Below are positions 1 through 12,652 of a stretch of 64,000 bases of DNA, piece by piece. The notes below the pieces were generated by a model. The model did no database searches. It was not told the origin of the DNA and saw only the letters and a program-made list of their open reading frames with translations. The stretch comes from Eledone cirrhosa (taxonomy: Eukaryota): positions 30,814,001 to 30,878,000 of the forward strand of contig OZ024747.1 of the NCBI GenBank assembly GCA_964016885.1, written 5' to 3'. The position numbers and the translations under genes were made by a program. Positions within the stretch are counted from its first letter, which is position 1, and the number at the start of each line of letters is the position of its first letter.

Positions 1-396
1 TTAGGCTTGAATATCAATGTCTGGATAATGCTGTCTGTAAAGACTCAATGCATAATAGACAAACCAAACAATACAAAGTATCATGTAGTAAAACGAGCTT
101 CTGGATATATCAATATGTTATATAAAGAGCATGTTAAGTTTGATGATTATATATCTGCCTGATAAGTAATGCATCAGGGCATACACTTTTAGAATAGTAG
201 CCATGATGTTGGCTCTGAACAAAATGTATATATATATATAAAACAACTCAACATTGGAGAAAGAAATGGTCTATGATTCGATTCTTGAAAGTAGAAATTA
301 GCTTATTTATATGGAAAACCATTTTGAAAGGAGAAAAACATCACACTCTTGACTATCATTTGAAGGAGAACTACATTAACCTTTAATATATTCAGA

Positions 397-541
397 AGGT
401 GGCAGATTGGCAGAATTTGTTGAGTGTCAGATCAAATGCCATTGTGGTATTTGTTCAGACTCTTTACATTCTGAATTCAAATTTTGCCTTGGTTAACTTT
501 ACTTTTCATCCTACTGGCATTAATAAAATACCAATCAAGTA
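397..541 (+). mobile_element. Diverged tRNA-derived SINE (family A)
   Basis: ggtggcagattggcagaat...ctgaattcaaat...ttttcatcc...taaaatacc is collinear with the better-preserved copies at 11591, 24556 and 57159. Confidence 0.7.
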
Positions 542-787
542 AGCTTGTATCTTAATTATAAATCAATCAATATATTCAGTAATATATACTTAAGCAGTCT
601 AACTTATTAAGGCATTAGTCTGATTCCCAATACTTGTTCAGGTTTGATATGTTTACAAAACTTTAAAATGATTTTGAATTATATTTGAAAATGTGAGAAT
701 TCCAAACAGTAAATAGCAGCTGATCGTTATATGCAACAGCTAAGAAAATCAGGCAAAACACCTTTACAGAGGAAAAAACATAGCCAG

Positions 788-1210
788 TGTAGCGACTAGC
801 ACCACCTTGCCCGGGGAGAAAAAAACTAATTGGAGTTACTTCCCCGTGGCTAGTATATAAGGGAGAATTCTGACGTCATTCGACCTCTCTTAGTCACTCA
901 CTCTCTTTTGGCGGCTTTTCTCAAACTGATCACATCGAGCACAAGCATGCTAACCTTTCTCCAACCACATCTTATGGTTCAGAATTATACCACGTTATGC
1001 CACGAGGATATTTGTTTACCACGTTTGTTACATGGATACTCGTTTTGAGAAACTTATTATGCTTCAGTCATTACTTCTTGTAGTGAGAGATAATTCTCAC
1101 ATGGTATGAAATTGTATGAAAATTTTCCTATCTCATATTTCTATTAAATTTAGTAGTTGGGTTCCGGTGGTACATACTGGAGTAAGTAACCCTGGGACCA
1201 ACTCACTAAA
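788..1210 (+). repeat. 5' LTR
   Basis: Starts TGTAGCGAC, ends CACTAAA; direct repeat of 4140-4590; TATATAA at 854-860 and TGACGTCA at 871-878. Confidence 0.93.
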
Positions 1211-1212
1211 AG

Positions 1213-1222
1213 TGGTGACCCC
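1213..1222 (+). promoter_or_regulatory. Primer binding site, truncated (tRNA-Trp type)
   Basis: TGGTGACCCC 2 nt after the 5' LTR, complementary to the tRNA-Trp 3' end. Confidence 0.75.
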
Positions 1223-3904
1223 TGCTACTGTCATAAGTCCCGCGTGTTTTATAGCTGCCTCTGGAAACCAGTTTCATTCACTTCTTGCCTCATTTTCCGA
1301 GTTAACTGACATTTCATTTAAACCGAATCAGGTAGTCAACTCAACTCGACAATTTATTACAACAACTGCTCCGCCTGTTTTCTCTCGTCCACGTAGGTTG
1401 GCTCCGGACAGGCTAAAGAAAGCCAGGGATGAGTTCGAACACATGCTTCAGCTTGGTCTTATACGACCATCAACCAGCCCGTGGGCATCTCCACTTCATT
1501 TGGCTCGTAAGGGTGAGGCGGATTTTAGACCTGTGGGTGATTATAGACGACTTAATGCTATCACTACACCTGATCATTATCCTTTACCAAATTTACATGA
1601 TTTTTCATCCGTTCTGCATGGATGCAAAATATTTTCTAAAATAGATCTGGTACGCACTTACCATCAAATACCCATGCATCCAGAAGACATACCAAAAACA
1701 GCTGTGACCACCCCTTTTGGTTCGTTTGAATTTCTGTCTATGTCTTTTGGTTTGCGGAATGCTTCTAGTACGTTCTAACGTTTTATCGATGAAGTCACAC
1801 GTGGATTGGATTTTGTGTTTGCTTACATGGATGATCTCCTGATGGCCAGTGACACAGTTGAACATCATCAGCAACATCTATCTCAGTTATTTCAACGTCT
1901 TCAATCGTACCAGGTCAGAATCAACCCAGCTAAATGTGTGTTTGGTACAGCTTCACTGGAATTCCTTGGACATCTTATAGATTCAGTAGGCATTCGACCT
2001 TCTAAGGTAGAAGCGATTCAGCATATCGCACCACCCACCTCCTTGAAACAATTACATAATTTCTTGGGATTAATTAACTTTTATCGTCATTTCATTCCTA
2101 ATTGTGCGGACAAGTTGTTCCCCTTGACACAGTTTTTAAAAGCTGCGAAAAAGAAAGATGCTCCTATTTCACTTTCTGCTGATGCTTTGCAATCTTTTGA
2201 ATCCATCAAATCTGAGATAGCTGAAGTTTCCTTCCTCGCCCATCCTGTTGCAAACGCGAGACTTTCTTTAACTGTTGATGCAACTGGCGTTTTTCTCACG
2301 CCAACTAAAACCAGCAGAGCAACATTACAGTACTTTTGTCAGAGAGCTTCTAGCGATTTATCTTGCTGTGAGACATTTCCACCATCTTCTTGAAGGTCGG
2401 GAATTCATGGTATTCACAGACCATAAACCACTCACATTCGCTCTTCAAACCAAATCCAACAGGTACTCTCCGAGAGTGTATAGGCAGGTATCTGGATCTC
2501 ATCTCCCAGTATACCAGTGACATTCGTCATATAGCTTGAACTGCCAACATACCTGCCGACGCACTTTCTGTGTGTTCTCTTGCGTCTCCTACACATATCG
2601 ATTTGGTTGCCATAGCAACTGACCAACCTATTTTGGATTCGTTGGACATTTCTTCTACCCAACTTTCCTGCTGTAAGTTTGATTATTTACCTCTTCCATC
2701 TGCTGAAGGAAAAATTCTTTGCGATATTTCTACTGGATCATCCAGACCGCTTGTTCCAGATTGTCATCAGTGTACCGTTTTTGATGCACTTCATTCCTTG
2801 TCGCATCCTGGCATAGCTGCCACGGTGAAGCTTATTACGGCTAGATTCTTCTGGCCTAATATGCATCGTTTAATCACCAGTTGGGCACGTTCTTGTTTGA
2901 AGTGTCAGCGCTATAAGATTTATCGGCATGTCCGCGCTCCTCTTGGGAAATTCAGCCCGCCAGACGCACGTTTCTGTCATATTCACATGGATATTGTTGG
3001 TCCTTGGCCCGTTAGTCATGGGTTCACATACATATTGGCTTGTATCGATCGTTTCTCTCATTGGCCTGAAGCCATACCCCTAGTAAACATAACAGCAGAG
3101 TCCGTTGCCCGAGCTTTCATTTCCAATTGGATTGCTCCCTTTGGTGTTCCTACTAAAATAACTACGGATCGTGGACGCCAATTTGAAGCTTCCTTATTTC
3201 GTGAAATATCACGACTCTTGGGTGCTCATCACATTCATACGACCAGCTATCACCCAGCCTCCAATGAAATGGTCGAGAGGTTTCATAGACAATTGAAAGC
3301 TGCACTTCGTGCTACTCCTGATTCGCAACGATGGACCGAATGTTTGCCAATCGTGCTTCTTGGTTGTCGTTCTGCCATTAAGACAGATTTAGGTTTCTCT
3401 TCTGCTGAACTTCTTTATGGTACCACATTGACTCTTCCTGGTCAAATGTAAGCACCAGTGGATTCATCGTATCTTGACCCAGCATCATATGTCACCAGAA
3501 TTCGTTCGTATTTCTCGGATCTTCCACCAATGAACCCTCGTGACCAGTCTATTTCTTCTGCTGTCCCATCGGACATCTCTACGTGGACACATATTTTTAT
3601 ACGGAATGATTCCGTCAAGTGTCCACTTACGTCACCCTATAAAGGACCTTTTCGTGTGCTTCTGCATACACCAAAACAGTTTACAGTGGCTGTCAATGGT
3701 CGAAAAGAGATTATATCCGTTGACAGAGCAAAGAAGGCTTTCTCTGAAAGTCTCACGTCATTGCCTGACATACCTCGCACATACACTCCCACACAAACAC
3801 CTTCACCTCCACCGCAAACACCACATACCACACCACCATATGTCACAAGAAGTGGCCAGACAGTAATATGGCCACGTAAACTCTCAAAAACAATATACAT
3901 CTAA
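1223..3904 (+). pseudogene. Gypsy pol (RT, RNase H, integrase) with stops and frameshifts
   Basis: SPWASP, DYRRLN, FSKIDL..YHQI, FGLRNA, YMDD; TDHKPL (RNase H); HSLSH..CLKC zinc finger, HMDIVGP, TDRG, ERFHR (integrase), GPF (GPY/F motif). Confidence 0.95.
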
Positions 3905-4127
3905 TCCCTAGTGGCATTAACTATTTGACTTTGAAACATTTTGAACTTATTTTGAGCACCTTTGTACTGTTTTGAATTGTATTGTTCCAGTTACATTTTT
4001 CTGCATACTTATTTCATACTTTGTTTCTGTTGCAAACCATTGTAATTTATGTACCTTTTGTTTTGCTTGCTCCTTATTCCACGGCTCCTCGCTACAATGA
4101 CTGTATGATTATTATTGACTATCGTCT

Positions 4128-4136
4128 GGAGGGGAG
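4128..4136 (+). promoter_or_regulatory. Polypurine tract
   Basis: GGAGGGGAG just upstream of the 3' LTR. Confidence 0.8.
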
Positions 4137-4139
4137 CCT

Positions 4140-4590
4140 TGTAGCGACTAGCTCCACCTTGCCCGGGGAGAAAAAACTAATTGGAGTTACTTCCCCATGG
4201 CCAGTATATAAGGGAGTGTTCTGACGTCACTCGACCTCTCTTGCTCACTCACTCTCTTTCTGGTGGCTTTTTCTCAAACTGATCACATCGAGCGCAAGCA
4301 TGCTAACCTTTCTCCAACCACATCTTATGGTTCAGGATTATACCACGTTATGCCACAAGGATATTTGTTTACCACGTTTGTTACATGGACTACAATAAAT
4401 GCAAGTTATCTTTGATACTCGTTTTGAGAAACTTATTATGCTTTCAGTCATTATTTCTTGTAGTGAGAGATAATTCTCACACGGTATGAAATTGTATGAA
4501 AATTCTCCTATCTCATATTTCTATTAAATTTAGTAGTTGGGATCCGGTGGTACATACTGGAGTAAGTAACCCTGGGACCAGCTCACTAAA
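4140..4590 (+). repeat. 3' LTR
   Basis: Direct repeat of the 5' LTR with an extra ~26 bp containing AATAAA. Confidence 0.93.
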
Positions 4591-4898
4591 CCAGAATCCT
4601 CTTACCATATTTGAGAGATACAGGGTTCACTTCCTGGAGGCAGATCTGGTCCCTTTTTTTTCCATCTCTAGGGGCTTTTTGCCTGATTTTCTCAGCTATT
4701 ATCTATAGTGATCAATTGTTATTAAAGTTGTTTTCTGCATTTTGTACCAATCAATTATTACATTTGAGGGCACTGGAGGTAGTAACTGAGGGAGTAGAGG
4801 TAATAATTGTGGACACTAGAGGTAGTAATAAATTGAGGGCAGTAGAGGGTATTAGTAGTAATACTAAATTGAGGACACTAGGGGTAGTAATATATTAA

Positions 4899-5118
4899 CC
4901 CTTTAGTATTTAAACCGGCTATATCCGGCCAGAATTCTCTCACCTCTTCTGTTCAGACCAGCTGTAACTGGCCACTCAAACTGATGTTAAGGTATTGTTC
5001 TCAAAATAAATAATAGCAAAATCTCATAGATTTGATATCATGTGAGATAATTGTGTAAGATAAAACCTTTACTGCAAAGATACAATAGTATATATAGAGT
5101 AATGTAAATGTTAAAGGG
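4899..5118 (+). mobile_element. piggyBac-type MITE (~220 bp)
   Basis: TTAA TSD on both sides; CCCTTTAG..ATTTA / TAAATGTTAAAGGG TIRs; sister copies at 12445 and 21991. Confidence 0.85.
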
Positions 5119-5659
5119 TTAAAGCACTAAAAGTCGTAGTAGAGGGTACTAAAGGTGATGATAGAGGGCACTATTAGTAATACTAGATAGAGGGAATAAT
5201 AGTAGGCCTAGTTTAAATAAAAGAAAATAATAATAATTCAGAGTTCTAGTGTTGATGTTAAAATACACATAAAATACATATGGTTAAGTGGTTGGTGTTA
5301 GGAGGTGCATCCAGCCTTCAAAACCATGCCAAAAAAAGTAATTTACAAGCAAGATATGTAGACCTTTGGCCCACATAGGAGGGTTATAATTCTGAATTAG
5401 AACTAACTTGTCCATAATTGCTTATCAAACCCCTGCAAGTATGGAAAGTGGAAATTAGATTATGTTGAGATCTCATTCTGTTGGCATAAGAATGAAATGA
5501 CGCAAAATTATTTTATGACAATGAGCTATTGGGTTCTTTTTTTTTAAAAGATGATAGTTACTATATCTATGAAGGGTCTCTGAAACATTCTCAGCTAACC
5601 AATTTCCAAATATTTTTCAACAGCCCTTGTTTGTATGATGGGGCTTGGAAAATGAAATT

Positions 5660-5888
5660 AGGAAATAGCTGAAAATGTGCAAGGATGATGATCACTAGGT
5701 GAAGAAGTGCCACAAAATCCCAGTGGAGGGAAGCTGCATTAGAGGTAGACCAAGAAAGACCTGAGCAGAGTTGGTGAGAGCTGATTTCAAATCACTGAGA
5801 CTCACAGAGGTGATGGCAAAGGAACACATGCAGTGGAGAGATGCAAGGGTCGAGAAATGGATGTAAAATGATGGTGATGAGGATGATG
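5660..5888 (+). mobile_element. RTE LINE 3' fragment
   Basis: Decayed ...RGRPRKT region and atgtaaaatgatggtgatga tail; collinear with 36915-37228. Confidence 0.7.
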
Positions 5889-6503
5889 TATTAGGCTCAG
5901 AAACTTCTAGTACCCCCCACTCTTTATAGTAGGTTGAATGACTTCAGAGATTCCTTCATATTCTCCTTATTTTATTGAATTTATTTTTCATTAATATCAT
6001 TATTTCTTAGTGTCTTAGAATAAATATTTTTTGAAACATATATAGTCATGCTAACTGTTACCTATATATATATATATATATTCACGTGGCTGCATCAACC
6101 AACCAAACTTCACTCATATATGAAATAACAATCTGAGACCCCCTTTTTTTGAAGGCATATATAAGAACTTTGTAACGCGAACTGGCACAAAATTTATTAT
6201 ACTTATTCACATGACAGTCATCAACCAACCAAATTACATCTCTAAAAGCCTAGCATTTCGAGCCACTTTTTTACATATAAAACAGAAGTAACATTCAAAA
6301 ACCAACCAGACGTGAGAAAAACCACAAACCCTCCATCTCAATTCTACTGTTGAAAAGCACAAGAACTGCGAAGCCGGTAAAGGAACCAAATAAATATATT
6401 TAAAAAAAGAAACTCCAGTTGCATTTTCGATTTCATCTTTTTTCCTTATACTTTCACTTGTGTATTTTTCATTTTGTAAAAAACCTCACTTTCTAATATA
6501 TAT

Positions 6504-7740
6504 ATCATCATCATCATCATCATCATCGTTTAACGTCCATATTCCACGCTTGCATGGGTTTGGACGGGGTTTTTCCCACTTGAGGCAAGAGTGGTTGTCT
6601 TGCTCGCATAGGACTGTCTGGCGGGTTTTCTACGGCTGGATGCCCTTCCTAACACCAACCACATTTACAGTGTGGAACTGGGAGGTTTTTACCGTGTTGC
6701 CTACACAGCCACATTACAGCGTGGACTGTGTGTTTTTTGGTCGTGACACCTACACGATCCCATTTGTTTCGGGCTGGATGTTGTGACACCAACATAACTT
6801 TACATTGAAAGGGGTGGTGTGGATGGGGTGGGGGTAGTGGGGCAGGGTGTATTTTGTTAGAGGTGACTACTGACTGTAGTAGGTGTCACTTTGTACTTAG
6901 GTAAGGCGGGTCTTCTCTATTACTGTGTAGCGCCAAAGCTCTCGGTCCAGTGACATTGCCTTGGAGAGGTGTAAGTGTGTGAGGTCGGAATTTATCAAGT
7001 CGTCCCAGGTTTTTCTGGGTCTGCCTACTCCGTGGCTACCGTCTATTTTTATTGCCCTGCACTTTTTTATACAGCTGTCGTCTTTCATGCGCATCACATG
7101 ACCATACCAACATAGTCTTCTCTCGAGTAAACAACATCTGATCCCTCTTATTTCTAATTTCTCCCTTAGTATGTTTATGCTTTGCCGTTCACGTATGTTA
7201 CTATTACACATCCAGCGGAGCATGCAAGCTTTGTTTCTCTCCAGTCTGCGTATATCCTCTGCACACAATGCCCAGGTCTCACTGCCATGTAACATTGCTG
7301 TTCGTATGCAGGCATCATACAGCCTGCGCTTCATTTTTAGAGAGAACCCTTTAGCGGCCAATAGTGGTATAAGCTCTCTGAACTTTTTCCATCCCGTTCT
7401 GACGCTAGCTACTGTACTTTCAGAGCACCCTACCCCACTGCTGATTTTATCACCCAGGTAACGGAAGCTGTCCACTATTTCTATAGAACCACCTGTGCAA
7501 TGGAACGAGTTAGTATTCCCTGGGCACTTGCTGCTACTTATTGCACCAGAGCACCGGCCACATATAAAATCTATATTCTTAGATAGTTTACCTGTGATCC
7601 CACTACATCTTTTATGTACCCATACTTTGCATTTGGGACATAAAATGGAGTTTCTACCTAGTCCTTTCCTACACACTGAGCATGGCCATTTCCCAGATGG
7701 GACCGGTACCCTATTTTCTTTCCTACAAACTAGAAACCTT
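6504..7740 (-). mobile_element. RTE-clade LINE, 5'-truncated (PHD finger, RT C-terminus, 3' UTR, (GAT)n tail)
   Basis: ORF 6897-7676 with FRYLG, HGSETW, RLCWYGHVMRM, GRPRKTW; (CAT)n at 6504-6526. Confidence 0.9.
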
Positions 7741-8454
7741 TATTATTTATTTCGTGGTAGTTTCTTTAGTATTTTGACACCATTTGTTGACCCGTCACCG
7801 TATGATTTACGTACTTATACCTCTCAAAAGGGTCCTTTCCTATTCCGTCCCACCTAGTTTATTTACTTTTCGTTATTTCTTTATTTCTTTCTTTATTTCC
7901 TTCTTTCTTTCTTTATTTATTCATCTAGCCTAACAATAGCTAGAGACTTAGGTCGTAGAACTTGCTTATATATTCTTTTTTCTTTACACTTATTCGCTTT
8001 TCATCACTCTCAGTATTTTTTCTTTCATAGATATATTTTTACCCCTCATTGTTCTACCTACCGTTTCGACTTCCTCCCCCTCCCCCTCCCCAGTATCTTC
8101 TTTGACATCATGCCCAGCTGTAGCCGGCACTACCAACGCATGATTGGGTCTACTCCACCCCCTCCCCCTTTTTCTCCTACTGGCAGCTTTAGCCACCATC
8201 TCCCCTACTAATTTGCCATCACAGAATTACTACTAACTTTTGACAATCACTTTGACCATATATGGAATTACCCCTTGAGAAGCTCGGCTATTTAAATACC
8301 AGGATAAATATTCATTTAGTCCAGAATTAGCCGTCGAAACGGCTTGAGCTCAGCCGTCGGGGTCTTACTGGTTCATATTACCCACTCTACTACCCTAAGT
8401 ATTGAGTACTTTGGTGCGTTATGGTTCACCTGGTTCCTTACCACATTTCCTTCG

Positions 8455-8456
<2 letters not shown>
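7741..8456 (+). mobile_element. Non-coding element ending at (TA)n with a degenerate hammerhead (probable PLE 3' end)
   Basis: HHR-like fold at 8270-8363; abuts a (TA)n tract. Confidence 0.5.
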
Positions 8457-8516
<60 letters not shown>

Positions 8517-8634
8517 GGAAAAGCAAATAAAGAAAAGATTTTAAAATAAATTTCAAAAACTTCACTGTAGTTACATGCAGGAACAGATACTTTTATTATA
8601 TATATATATATATACAGATATATAAATACACACG

Positions 8635-8725
<91 letters not shown>

Positions 8726-9020
8726 ACAATATATATAACTAGTTATATTCTGGCTTAGCTGTCAGATTTTTAAAGTATTTTCTAATAAATTAAGGAAATT
8801 ACTTATATTTATTTAGATAAGAGCTGACTCGTATCTAAACAACAGTTTTTCTTTTTACAATCTTTATTTCATGAAATATTTTTGTCCGAAAATATATTTT
8901 TCCACAAAAACAAAAGAAGATTTATCTTCCTGATGTTTTTCTTGTTTTTTTAATTTCATTATAACAATTCTCATCCTAATTTCTTTAACTTCACCCAATA
9001 ATGGTCATTAACGTTTTTTT

Positions 9021-10760
9021 CATTGTTTCTATATATCTATTACAATATCTCATTCCACATCTCATTGTTTCTATATATCTATTACAATATCTCATTCCAC
9101 ATCTCATTGTTTCTATATATCTATTACAATATCTCTCATTCCACATCTCATTGTTTCTATATATCTGTTACAATATCTCTCATTCCACATCTCATTGTTT
9201 CTATATATCTGTTACAATATCTCTCATTCCACATCTCATTGTTTCTATATATCTATTACAATATCTCATTCCACATCTCATTGTTTCTATATATCTATTA
9301 CAATATCTCTCATTCCACATCGCATTGTTTCTATATATCTGTTACAATATCTCTCATTCCACATCTCATTGTTTCTATATATCTGCTACAATATCTCTCA
9401 TTCCACATCTCATTGTTTCTATATATCTGTTACAATATATCTCATTCCACATCTCATTGTTTCAATATATCTGCTACAATATCTCTCATTCCACATCTCA
9501 TTGTTTCAATATATCTGCTACAATATCTCTCATTCCACATCCCATTGTTTCTATATATCTATTACAATATCTCATTCCACATCTCATCTATATATATAAA
9601 ACTGTGGTTGTCTGTCTGTCTATCGATTTTTGGCACACATCTCCTCTTAGAATCTCTCACGGAATTGCACCGAAATTGCTATACTTGTACATTGAGCCCT
9701 AGCGAAGACATCGGAAAAAAAATATTTCAAATTGACCCACCCTATGTGACGAAATCGAATATAATGTATCGATTTTTGAGCGTAAGTTATCAGTTATTTC
9801 CCTTTGTTCTGTTTACATTGAGCGTCTTACGTAAAAAATTACGCTAGCTTTCTCAGCGTTTGAAATGACATTAACACAATACACGAACAGTTGTCGAGCC
9901 AGCAAAATATTGACCTGCAAAATTCATCAGTTCGAACACTAAGCTTCCGTTTTGCTTCATTTCCATTTAAAAGCATTTTAAAACAATATTTTTACTTGAA
10001 AACAAGTCTATTTAAAGACTACGTAAAACAAGCAAATATTTCGTCGTTAGGCGTGCAGACAGACAGTCGTGCAGACAGACAGTCGTGCAGAGAGGTGATA
10101 TAGGCGTGCAGACAGACAGTCGTGCAGAGAGGTGATATAGGCGTGCAGACAGACAGTCGTGCAGAGAGGTGATATAGGCGTGCAGACAGACAGTCGTGCA
10201 GAGAGGTGATATAGGCGTGCAGACAGACATAACTGATAATTTGGTTACGCTAATGTTTTTCTCTGCGTTGCAGTGTTTACATTTTCGATCTTTGTTAATA
10301 AATAACCAGTGCAGTTTTTATCCCCAGCATCCTCTTTTGTTATAACATTCGGGTTATCGTTATGTTTTCTTAACTTCATAAGGCATATTGTTGGTTGAGG
10401 GAATATTAATCAAAAACACCACATGCAAGTCTGCACAGTAGACACTACAGTTTTTAAGCCAAAAAAGAAACTTAACATTGTAACTTTAACACAGCTACTG
10501 AGCGACCCCGAGCAACGCCGGGCTTTACTGCTAGTTGTTTCTATATATCTGTTACAATATCTCTCATTCCACATCTCATTGTTTCTATATATCTATTACA
10601 ATATCTCTCATTCCACATCTCATTGTTTCTATATATCTGTTACAATATCTCATTCCACATCTCATTGTTTCTATATATCTATTACAATATCTCATTCCAC
10701 ATCTCATTGTTTCTATATATCTCTTACAATATCTCTCATTCCACATCTCATTGTTTCTAT
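9021..10760. repeat. 42/44-bp minisatellite split by a Helitron (9021-9586 and 10535-10760)
   Basis: Unit cattgtttctatatatctattacaatatct(ct)cattccacatct, resuming in register after the insertion. Confidence 0.95.
9587..10534 (+). mobile_element. Non-autonomous Helitron (948 bp)
   Basis: 5' TC, 3' CTAG, subterminal hairpin cccgagcaacgccggg (10507-10522), inserted between A and T with no TSD; internal 37-bp tandem repeat at 10049-10228. Confidence 0.92.
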
Positions 10761-10787
10761 ATTCAATATTGAAACAACACATCACCA

Positions 10788-10858
10788 GGTCTGAGAATTG
10801 AACTCACAACCTTTCGATTGCAAGCCCAATGCTCTAACCACTAAACCATGTGCCTCCA
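10788..10858 (-). mobile_element. tRNA-derived SINE head (family B)
   Basis: Reverse complement matches 33405-33473, with pol III A and B boxes. Confidence 0.75.
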
Positions 10859-10905
10859 TATGTTTATGTAAAAATATCTGTACACGAATATATAATTATA
10901 TATAT

Positions 10906-11015
10906 ATTAAAATAACAGATTAAAGTTTAAGCGAAGAATCGCTGCTTTCACCCTTCTGAAACTAAAAAAAATCAACCTGTGAACGCAGAAGTAAATATTT
11001 TGAAAAATGTTACAC
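10906..11015 (-). mobile_element. 3' stub of the HHR-like element family also seen at 45787 and 61240-61362
   Basis: Reverse complement of 61240-61362 with stem II of the HHR-like motif deleted; flanked by TA repeats. Confidence 0.75.
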
Positions 11016-11199
11016 ACTATATATACATATATACATACACACTATATATACATATATTACACACACACAGATAGTGAAGTCAATGTCGTAATGCAGACAA
11101 CCAGACATACAGACAGATATTATAAGGGCACAATGTTATATCTATGTTTCTATCTAAAAAGACAGACTAAGAAAGATAGAGAGAGATCGCTAACCAGAA

Positions 11200-11357
11200 C
11201 CTAGGGCATTGAAAATTTGAAATATATTTTGCTCAAAACACTAACACGACCATAAGTATTATATGTGTAAAGTTTGAAAAAATCAGTTGGGTGGTTCTCG
11301 AGTTTTAGGGACTCAGACAGAAAGACAGACAAACATTCTCTGTTTTAGATATGTAGA
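11200..11357 (-). mobile_element. Helitron 5' end fragment
   Basis: Reverse complement tctacatatctaaaacagag...ccctaaaactcgagaa resembles the 5' end of 25185-25821. Confidence 0.6.
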
Positions 11358-11590
11358 TTATAATCATCATTATTATTACTATAAACATTCTCAACTTCAG
11401 TTACATTTAATGAAACTAATTTATCTCTCTTTAATCATTCTTTGTTCTCTTTTGGATATCCTATTAAGGTTGCCTTATATTTTCCATGTCAAGTCTAAGT
11501 ACATATCATCCAACAAAACCAAGAAGTAACAACAACAACAACAACAAGGATATTAACTATCAGTAATCAATGTTAGGAAACAACATTATT

Positions 11591-11778
11591 CGTAGATTGG
11601 CAGTATCAGTAGAGGGGTGATGCCCTGCTTTGCAACATAGAGTTACGGCTCTTTACAATCTGAGTTCAAAACCTGCCGGGATTAACTTTGCCTCTCATCC
11701 TTATGGGGTCGATAAAATAAAATACCAGTAATACACTGGGATAATTGCTGGCCATGTGCCAAAAGTAGAAACAATTAT
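11591..11778 (+). mobile_element. tRNA-derived SINE (family A)
   Basis: gagttcaaa B box, ggggtcgataaaataaa, taccagt..actgg, tail gtgccaaaagtagaaacaattatt. Confidence 0.85.
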
Positions 11779-12088
11779 TTATTTGTAAATATTGAAGATA
11801 GTTAGGGAAGGGAGGGAATAAGGGAAAACAAATATGTCCATGAATACATAAACATGAAACATCATCATTGACATCATCATCATTGTCATCCTAATCAGTA
11901 TTTAACGTCTGCTTTGCTAGCAAATAATGATTATGATGATTATTATCATACATATTCATCATCTTTATTTTAAGTAAAAAATATTCCTTTACTTTAAAAC
12001 CATTTAGAACTATCACCAACGTAATATATTTTGTTCTCCATAATCACATATATTAATTTCTAACGTAACTATGAGGCCACAAATTAAT

Positions 12089-12281
12089 AGGGTAGGCTGA
12101 AATGTTCATAGGCTGACTATGAAGGAGTGATGCTAGGCCCTGAAATCTTCCATGCAGTAATTGTAACTCTTCTTATTAATAACTGCATTGTTTCTTTCCA
12201 GGGATTATGTTGAAAAATAAACCTCATTTAGTCATTCCATGAGAGTATCTTGGTCAGCTAATGAACTTTTCAGCCGACCCT
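12089..12281. mobile_element. Tc1/mariner-type MITE
   Basis: Imperfect ~28-bp TIRs agggtaggctgaaatgttcataggctgac / gtcagctaatgaacttttcagccgaccct. Confidence 0.7.
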
Positions 12282-12444
12282 TGTGTATAGACAAAATAAA
12301 ACACCACATACGTCAGTATATGAGACAGCTGGGTCTATCGGACATGTTTGTAGTCACCAAGGCTACTGTACAATCAACCATCAGCCATGCCAATAAATTA
12401 GCACACACCACAGTATTTGATATCACGTTATACCAGAAGTTTAA

Positions 12445-12652
12445 CCCTTTACTCTATATATATTATTGTATTTTTGCAGTAAAGGCTTTACCTCATATAA
12501 TATCTCACATAATATCAAATCTATGAGATTTGGATAATATTTATTTTGTGAACAATATCTTAACTTCAGTATAAGTGGCCAGTTACGGCCAGTTTAAAGA
12601 GAAAGAGATGAGAGAATTCTGGCTGGATACAGCTGGTTTAAATGCTAAAGGG
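12445..12652 (-). mobile_element. piggyBac-type MITE, inverted copy
   Basis: TTAA CCC...GGG TTAA; reverse complement of 4899-5118. Confidence 0.85.

Larger units (their letters stand above)
788..4590 (+). mobile_element. Ty3/Gypsy LTR retrotransposon, gag and protease deleted, pol decayed
   Basis: Two LTRs (788-1210, 4140-4590); 4-bp TSD CCAG at 784-787 and 4591-4594; PBS, PPT; RT-RNaseH-IN domain order. Confidence 0.95.

Noticed and set aside
6340-6385. Functional hammerhead (ctgttga..gca/tgc..gaag ccgg ta)
   Set aside because: Two core substitutions and a weak stem I; at most a relic
9001-9847. 233-274 aa ORFs
   Set aside because: Translations of the 42/44-bp minisatellite
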